From: a virus
Direction: 5' to 3' (one strand)
UHGV virus genome: UHGV-1695118
Length of the DNA: 18,953 bases
Part shown: positions 14,931 through 18,953 of the stretch, piece by piece
Position numbering within the stretch: the stretch's first letter is position 1
Layout: each line of letters starts with the position of its first letter
Notes under the pieces: model-generated
The model's input: the letters and a program-made list of their open reading frames with translations, nothing else
Database searches by the model: none
What the model was told of the DNA's origin: nothing
Program-made: the position numbers and the translations under genes

Positions 14931-15170
14931 ATGAGACAGAATCAGAGATACCAGTGCACATACTCACGATGCAGCGCGTTTTTTAAGAATGGCAAGATCT
15001 ACGAAGTCGGAGCGGCATTGGTTGACGCAAAGGATCAGGAATATATTCACGCCATTACTGACGACCAGGGCCAGTTATGGCGATTTTATAAGATGGGATG
15101 TGGAACTGCGCTTGTTTATGCGCGGGCTTGTGGTGGTGCTTTTGCTGCGTTTTCGTATGTAGGTGCATAA
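14931..15170 (+). CDS. Tandem paralog family member C (79 aa)
   Basis: Segment YQCTYSRCSAFFKNGKIYEVGAALVDAKDQEYIHAITDDQGQLWRFY. GAGGT upstream. Confidence 0.6.
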   Translation: MRQNQRYQCTYSRCSAFFKNGKIYEVGAALVDAKDQEYIHAITDDQGQLWRFYKMGCGTALVYARACGGAFAAFSYVGA

Positions 15171-15171
15171 A

Positions 15172-15390
15172 ATGATTTTAACGTGTAACGAATCGAGATT
15201 AGGTTGTTTTGAGGAAGGAGCACAGTACACGGCTGAAAAACCGATGGGATTGTCTCCTAAATTTCCGTTTATCGTCGTGACTGACACTTACGGTCACTTA
15301 TGGTATGCAGGGCCGCTAGGCGGTATTGGTCGTTATGTTGTCCGTAGTTTGGATGGGGCGATGAAGGTTACTTTTACGGAAGAAACGTAA
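15172..15390 (+). CDS. Tandem paralog family member D (72 aa)
   Basis: Sequence MILTCNESRLGCFEEGAQYTAEKPMGLSPKFPFIVVTDTYGHLWYAG. ATG 15172 within ORF-track frame 15163..15390 (which uses a GTG start). Confidence 0.55.
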   Translation: MILTCNESRLGCFEEGAQYTAEKPMGLSPKFPFIVVTDTYGHLWYAGPLGGIGRYVVRSLDGAMKVTFTEET

Positions 15391-15416
15391 ATGTGATCTG
15401 TATTACAAGGTTTACG

Positions 15417-15450
15417 AAATGGCATTGTTTCGGCAGTGCCATTTTGTTAT
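15417..15450 (+). terminator. Rho-independent terminator-like hairpin after the paralog array
   Basis: AAATGGCATTG-TTTCGG-CAGTGCCATTT: 11-bp stem with one G-U pair and a 6-nt loop, followed by TGTTAT. Confidence 0.5.
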
Positions 15451-15488
15451 AAAGAAGCTGAAGAGAGAACGATGCGGAGGGTAGAAAA

Positions 15489-15767
15489 ATGAAACGCTGG
15501 ATTAACAAAGAAGTCGAATCTCGCTTAAACGCATTTTGGGAGATGGTGGAGAAAGAAGACCCAGCACACGCTGCAAGCCCTTACCTGAACAACATCGAAT
15601 ATCACTACATTGCAGCAAACAACGCGGAGTTCGAAGAAGAAGGTGGAGCCGACAAGTTCGCACAAAGCAACGCATTCAACAACGCAAACGAAATGATGAT
15701 GGCAGTCATCGAACAGGCAGAGGAAGACTACGAATGCAAATCACTTGAATTCGCACGTATGGCATAA
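15489..15767 (+). CDS. Acidic small protein (92 aa)
   Basis: ORF-track ORF with GGAGGG upstream. Strongly Asp/Glu-rich (EFEEEGGADKF, EQAEEDYE). Confidence 0.6.
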   Translation: MKRWINKEVESRLNAFWEMVEKEDPAHAASPYLNNIEYHYIAANNAEFEEEGGADKFAQSNAFNNANEMMMAVIEQAEEDYECKSLEFARMA

Positions 15768-15777
15768 GGGGGAAACC

Positions 15778-15918
15778 ATGAACGCTAACGCTAAATATCC
15801 GGCCTGGGTTTTCGAACTGTACGCAAGATACTTTGAATTACTGGCACAAGGTGAAGAAGCATTAAGCATTGACGAGTACGCGGAGTGCTTAGGGTTTAAA
15901 GGAGACGAAGAAGCATAA
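15778..15918 (+). CDS. Hypothetical small protein (46 aa)
   Basis: ATG 15778 with AAGGGGG 5 nt upstream. Sequence MNANAKYPAWVFELYARYFELLAQGEEALSIDEYAECLGFKGDEEA. Below the ORF-track cutoff. Confidence 0.45.
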   Translation: MNANAKYPAWVFELYARYFELLAQGEEALSIDEYAECLGFKGDEEA

Positions 15919-15923
15919 AACAC

Positions 15924-15939
15924 GGGGCCGGATGGCCCC
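15924..15939. other. Perfect hairpin GGGGCC-GGAT-GGCCCC in an intergenic spacer
   Basis: 6-bp GC stem with a GGAT loop. No U-tract on the plus strand; a moderately T-rich tract follows on the minus strand. Confidence 0.4.
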
Positions 15940-15961
15940 ATCAAATCAGAAGGGTGTAATC

Positions 15962-16261
15962 ATGAAAAGCGCTAAATTTATTGCTTGCTGTTTTGTTGAA
16001 GTTCCTAACGATGATGTTTTCTGTAATTATGAATTTAAAGACAGCTTAGGCAGATCTCACATTGTTGTTGGCAAACGCGGCGACTGGTTATATATAACCG
16101 ATGACGATATGATTTTTACCAGAAATCAACTTTTTCACATCCACTCAGTAAATAATTATGCGCCAGTTGCCGCTATATCCGTAATGGATATGCACGCTAA
16201 GAAATGGATTGAAAAGGACGATATTAACGAAGCGCGTAGCTTACCTGGTGCGGAGTTTTAA
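15962..16261 (+). CDS. Hypothetical protein (99 aa)
   Basis: ATG 15962 with AAGGGTG upstream, within ORF-track frame 15932..16261. Contains GDWLYITDDD, loosely like the paralog motif. Confidence 0.55.
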   Translation: MKSAKFIACCFVEVPNDDVFCNYEFKDSLGRSHIVVGKRGDWLYITDDDMIFTRNQLFHIHSVNNYAPVAAISVMDMHAKKWIEKDDINEARSLPGAEF

Positions 16262-16264
16262 TTT

Positions 16265-16519
16265 ATGGAAATAATCAAAATATGGCGCGGCAACAGTAAG
16301 GCTGACGGTGAGTTTTGCCGCGTCGTTCAATTCGTAAATTATGGTAGGTTTTACGAGCTACCTTATGACAAAAGGAAAGATGATTTCTATTTAAGCGAGT
16401 CAATCCCGGTGCACAGAAAAATAAAGGCGCTTAGGGGGTTGTTGCGAAGTGGTTTTTATTCTTGCCCTAACCCATTAAACAATCCTGAACTGGTAGCTAT
16501 TTTTTACGAAGGAGAATAG
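16265..16519 (+). CDS. Hypothetical protein (84 aa)
   Basis: ORF-track ORF; GGAG 9 nt upstream. Confidence 0.5.
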   Translation: MEIIKIWRGNSKADGEFCRVVQFVNYGRFYELPYDKRKDDFYLSESIPVHRKIKALRGLLRSGFYSCPNPLNNPELVAIFYEGE

Positions 16520-16522
16520 ACA

Positions 16523-16846
16523 ATGTCTAAATTTATCAGCGTTAAAGTTTTCCGTGGCACTTTACCGAACGAAGAAAGATTAGGACAATTTGCCGGGCAA
16601 CCTAGTGCATGTTTCCGTGTAGCCACTGAAGACGATGCGCATGTTAAATGCTTCCACGTATCGGAACCGCCTTTTAATGCAGACCATCTTGAAGACCCGG
16701 ATAGAATTAAAAGCCTAGTATCTGCCTATCTGATGTTCCAGGGTATCGCTGATATGGAAGTGGAATTGCTTGGCGCTGAACTGGTGGCAGAATACAAAAT
16801 TACTGAAGCAGAAAGCGGAGAATCAAAAATTGAGCGCATCAAATAA
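16523..16846 (+). CDS. Hypothetical acidic protein (107 aa)
   Basis: ORF-track ORF with AAGGAG 8 nt upstream. Confidence 0.65.
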   Translation: MSKFISVKVFRGTLPNEERLGQFAGQPSACFRVATEDDAHVKCFHVSEPPFNADHLEDPDRIKSLVSAYLMFQGIADMEVELLGAELVAEYKITEAESGESKIERIK

Positions 16847-17081
16847 ACCTTACAAAATCCGTTGTAAAGGTGAATACCCTGGCTTTACGACTGGTTGCGA
16901 ATACTTGGGCCACATTGGATGCGGCCCTTTCGGTGAGTTAGGGATGAATACGCTGGACGACGACGGCGACAGCCGGACGCTTGATCTTGATTCTGATGAT
17001 TTCGAATACATCCCGCCAGTAACTTACCGTGCCGTTGATGATTTCCTGGCTGAACATGAAGACGAGGGCGATGATGATTGA
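16830..17081 (+). CDS. Cys-containing protein with a highly acidic C-terminus (83 aa from TTG 16830; ORF-track frame starts at 16770)
   Basis: Start uncertain: both candidates are TTG codons; GGAG lies 9 nt upstream of 16830. C-terminus DDDGDSRTLDLDSDDFEYIPP...AEHEDEGDDD. Confidence 0.4.
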   Translation: MSASNKPYKIRCKGEYPGFTTGCEYLGHIGCGPFGELGMNTLDDDGDSRTLDLDSDDFEYIPPVTYRAVDDFLAEHEDEGDDD

Positions 17082-17268
17082 ATGCCTTATAGCTGTGATT
17101 GTTTTGCTTTATATCGCTGGCGCTATCCTGATGTCTTGTTTTATTAAGTTTAGCGGAGCTGAACCTGGCGGCCTTGAGATTCCTTTTTGGCCTGTGACTG
17201 TGTTTATCGCTTTCTTCGACGCTACGGCAGGGCAGATCAATCGAGCTATTAAGGAGCGCAAGAAATGA
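17074..17268 (+). CDS. Small membrane protein (64 aa)
   Basis: ATG 17074 with GAGGG upstream, within ORF-track frame 17029..17268. Hydrophobic stretch IECLIAVIVLLYIAGAILMSCFI. Confidence 0.5.
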   Translation: MIECLIAVIVLLYIAGAILMSCFIKFSGAEPGGLEIPFWPVTVFIAFFDATAGQINRAIKERKK

Positions 17269-17444
17269 TTGAAGATGGGGTGTACGCAACAGTAGTAGAC
17301 GGGCTGTTTTACCGCGTAGAAGGTGATGATATTCGCATCCGCGTTGGCGGTGGTGAGTGGGTAGCGCCAATCATTAAGACGGCGCGAGAAACAATTAAAA
17401 TATTTCTTGATGCTGGTGAACTGGTGAGGGTTAGCGACCTATGA
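17265..17444 (+). CDS. Hypothetical small protein (59 aa)
   Basis: ATG overlaps the upstream stop (ATGA); AAGGAG 8 nt upstream. Sequence MIEDGVYATVVDGLFYRVEGDDIRIRVGGGEWVAPIIKTAREITKIFLDAGELVRVSDL. Below the ORF-track cutoff. Confidence 0.5.
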   Translation: MIEDGVYATVVDGLFYRVEGDDIRIRVGGGEWVAPIIKTARETIKIFLDAGELVRVSDL

Positions 17445-17617
17445 ACGAGATCGAAGATGGTATCTATTTGCATAAGGTATTTAACATCGTCTATTTACTT
17501 AAAGGTAATAAGGTGATGATAAGACCTGATGACGATCCACATTGGGAATCAAGCGACATGGATCGGCGGCATATGCAAATGTTGCTTGATAACGGCCTGA
17601 TATATAGAAAGCCGTAA
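17441..17617 (+). CDS. Hypothetical small protein (58 aa), possible paralog of the preceding gene
   Basis: ATGA coupling. Sequence MNEIEDGIYLHKVFNIVYLLKGNKVMIRPDDDPHWESSDMDRRHMQMLLDNGLIYRKP shares an IEDG(V/I)Y start with the upstream ORF. Confidence 0.45.
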   Translation: MNEIEDGIYLHKVFNIVYLLKGNKVMIRPDDDPHWESSDMDRRHMQMLLDNGLIYRKP

Positions 17618-17624
17618 GCCGTAT

Positions 17625-17653
17625 TTGTAGGGCGTAAACAAACAGATTAAAAT
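17625..17653 (+). promoter_or_regulatory. Candidate promoter (-35 TTGTAG, 17-bp spacer, -10 TAAAAT) upstream of the lysis genes; possible late PR'-like promoter
   Basis: Read directly; lies 25-50 nt upstream of a strong terminator. Identified by eye only. Confidence 0.35.
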
Positions 17654-17680
17654 ATTTCCTAACAATGCGAAATTGTAATT

Positions 17681-17711
17681 ACCCGGCCCCGCGCCGGGTT
17701 TTTGCTTTGTT
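17681..17711 (+). terminator. Rho-independent terminator immediately upstream of the holin gene (tR'-like position)
   Basis: ACCCGGC-CCCGC-GCCGGGT 7-bp GC-rich stem followed by TTTTGCTTTGTT. Confidence 0.7.
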
Positions 17712-17723
17712 GGAGGAAAATCT

Positions 17724-17924
17724 ATGTTCGACAAAATACGGGGGGCGTGCGCGTATGTGGCTGGGGCCGTAACTGCTTTTTTCGGCGCGATAACCATCAA
17801 TGACATTGCCGTCTTTGTGGGTATCTTATCAACCGTAGGCACATTTGCCGTTAACTATTACTTCAAATCACAGGAGAACAAGCGAGCGCAAGAGGAACAC
17901 GACGCGCGAATGGGGAATAAGTAA
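17724..17924 (+). CDS. Holin, class II pinholin-like (two predicted transmembrane helices)
   Basis: 66 aa with GGAGG 7 nt upstream. Two hydrophobic helices and a charged C-terminal tail. Immediately precedes the SAR endolysin, as in phage 21. Confidence 0.75.
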   Translation: MFDKIRGACAYVAGAVTAFFGAITINDIAVFVGILSTVGTFAVNYYFKSQENKRAQEEHDARMGNK

Positions 17925-18416
17925 ATGATTAGCCAATCGCTGAAAAACAAGATTATTGCTGCGGCGGCTGGTGGGGCGATCGCTATTGCGGCTGTGATGG
18001 TTAAACCATTAGAAGGCGTGGAGTACGATCCGTATCGTGATGCTATCGGTGTATGGACTGTATGTTATGGTCACACCGGAAAAGACATTATGCTGGGTAA
18101 AACTTACACGCAATCAGAATGCGATGCTTTGTTAAACAAAGATCTCCACAAAACCGCAAAAGCGATTGGCCCATATATTAAAGTCGAAATATCAGATTTT
18201 ACCCGCGCGGCGCTTTATTCATTCGCCTATAACGTAGGCGCTACCAACTTCAAAACATCAACATTATTGAAGCTACTCAATGACGGCAAGAAATCGGAGG
18301 CGTGCGCACAGCTTAAACGCTGGATATATGCTGGTGGTAAGCAGTGGCAAGGGTTAATTAACCGCCGTGATGTTGAATATGCCGTTTGCGAATGGGGTGA
18401 AACATGGACAAGGTGA
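17925..18416 (+). CDS. R: SAR endolysin (GH24 lysozyme with N-terminal signal-anchor-release domain)
   Basis: 163 aa. Gly/Ala-rich N-terminal segment [17 protein letters not shown], then [34 protein letters not shown]...[20 protein letters not shown]...[12 protein letters not shown], close to remembered phage 21 R. Confidence 0.92.
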   Translation: MISQSLKNKIIAAAAGGAIAIAAVMVKPLEGVEYDPYRDAIGVWTVCYGHTGKDIMLGKTYTQSECDALLNKDLHKTAKAIGPYIKVEISDFTRAALYSFAYNVGATNFKTSTLLKLLNDGKKSEACAQLKRWIYAGGKQWQGLINRRDVEYAVCEWGETWTR

Positions 18417-18874
18417 AGACGTTAATCATCGCCGTTGTTGTTTGCATTATTGCCGGGCTTACCGCCGTAACGTGTTATTACCAGGGTGAGGCGGCAAGGT
18501 TACAGGAAGAAGTCACGGTGACGAAAGGCGCACTAAAAACAGCAAGTAACACTATCCAGCAGATGAAGGAGCGAAACGCCGAACTGTCAAAACTTGATAA
18601 GAGGTATCACGATGAGATTAAAGCTATCAGATCTGACATTGCCGATCTTCGCGCTGGCATTGATAGCGGTGCTATCAGGTTGCACGTCAACGCCGAGCCA
18701 GTGTACGTGCACGACGCCACCGGAACCGCCAGCAGCATTAATGGAGCCACCTGTAGACTTACTGCCAGTGCTCAATCAAATTATCTATCCCTCAGAGAAC
18801 AACTAAAAGAGAAAGACGCGAAGATCACCGGATTACAGGACTACATCAAAACGCAGTGCATACGCAAAGAATAA
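18404..18874 (+). CDS. Rz: Rz-like i-spanin
   Basis: 156 aa. N-terminal transmembrane helix ([16 protein letters not shown]) and coiled-coil periplasmic domain. Overlaps the endolysin 3' end. Confidence 0.8.
   Translation: MDKVKTLIIAVVVCIIAGLTAVTCYYQGEAARLQEEVTVTKGALKTASNTIQQMKERNAELSKLDKRYHDEIKAIRSDIADLRAGIDSGAIRLHVNAEPVYVHDATGTASSINGATCRLTASAQSNYLSLREQLKEKDAKITGLQDYIKTQCIRKE
18612..18806 (+). CDS. Rz1: Rz1-like o-spanin lipoprotein, nested in the +1 frame inside Rz
   Basis: 64 aa from ATG 18612 with AGAGG 7 nt upstream, within ORF-track frame 18594..18806. Signal peptide with lipobox LSGC, then a Pro-rich mature region. Confidence 0.75.
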   Translation: MRLKLSDLTLPIFALALIAVLSGCTSTPSQCTCTTPPEPPAALMEPPVDLLPVLNQIIYPSENN

Positions 18875-18953
18875 CAGCGCGCGGACGTGTCGCCGTTTCC
18901 GCCAGCCAGCCATAACCGGGCCAATCCTTCCCGCGAGCGACGGCGGAATAGTC

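Noticed and set aside
16885-17370. Minus-strand ORF of 161 aa, rich in Arg and His
   Set aside because: Antisense to four consecutive coupled plus-strand genes; no RBS and implausible composition.
18875-18953. Possible 3' end of a minus-strand gene downstream of Rz (the position of bor in lambda)
   Set aside because: Only 79 nt are available. All three minus-strand frames were translated and none resembles a Bor-like C-terminus, so nothing can be supported from this fragment.
1-18953. CRISPR arrays, insertion sequences or transposase genes
   Set aside because: No regularly spaced direct repeats with unique spacers, no terminal inverted repeats flanking an ORF, and no transposase or integrase motifs were seen.

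Overview
This window reads as the immunity-to-lysis portion of a temperate lambdoid (P22/lambda-type) phage or prophage, with an unusual gene order and several accessory clusters. All calls are from reading the sequence and the ORF track; no database search or computation was run, so family assignments rest on remembered motifs.

Layout, in window order:
- 1-974 (minus strand): a 5'-partial replication-initiator gene (not in the ORF track because it runs off the window edge) preceded by a small winged-helix HTH gene; the initiator gene contains iteron-like repeats.
- 975-2426: divergent promoter/operator region, P22 c2-type repressor (1280-1927), terminator, PL-like promoter and a nutL-like site.
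- 2427-3927: N-like antiterminator, Erf recombinase and SSB.
- 3944-7399: about 14 small unknown genes, including tiny hydrophobic peptides.
- 7409-9692: a four-gene putative DNA-modification module (Dam-type methyltransferase, unknown protein, YhhQ-like membrane protein, compact C5-methyltransferase-like protein).
- 9852-11959: NinF-like, NinG, RusA, a small coiled-coil protein and a lambda-Q-type antiterminator.
- 11959-17617: about 23 tightly packed small genes between Q and the lysis genes, including a tandem array of 4-5 paralogs and several acidic proteins.
- 17625-18874: candidate late promoter and terminator, then pinholin, SAR endolysin and nested Rz/Rz1.

The most interesting candidates are the small-gene island between Q and lysis, the translationally coupled modification module, and the replication-origin-like repeats. 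Recurring sequence motifs at module boundaries and the co-orientation of nin/Q/lysis with the N-erf-ssb operon also deserve a look. No tRNA, rRNA, CRISPR array or transposase was seen.
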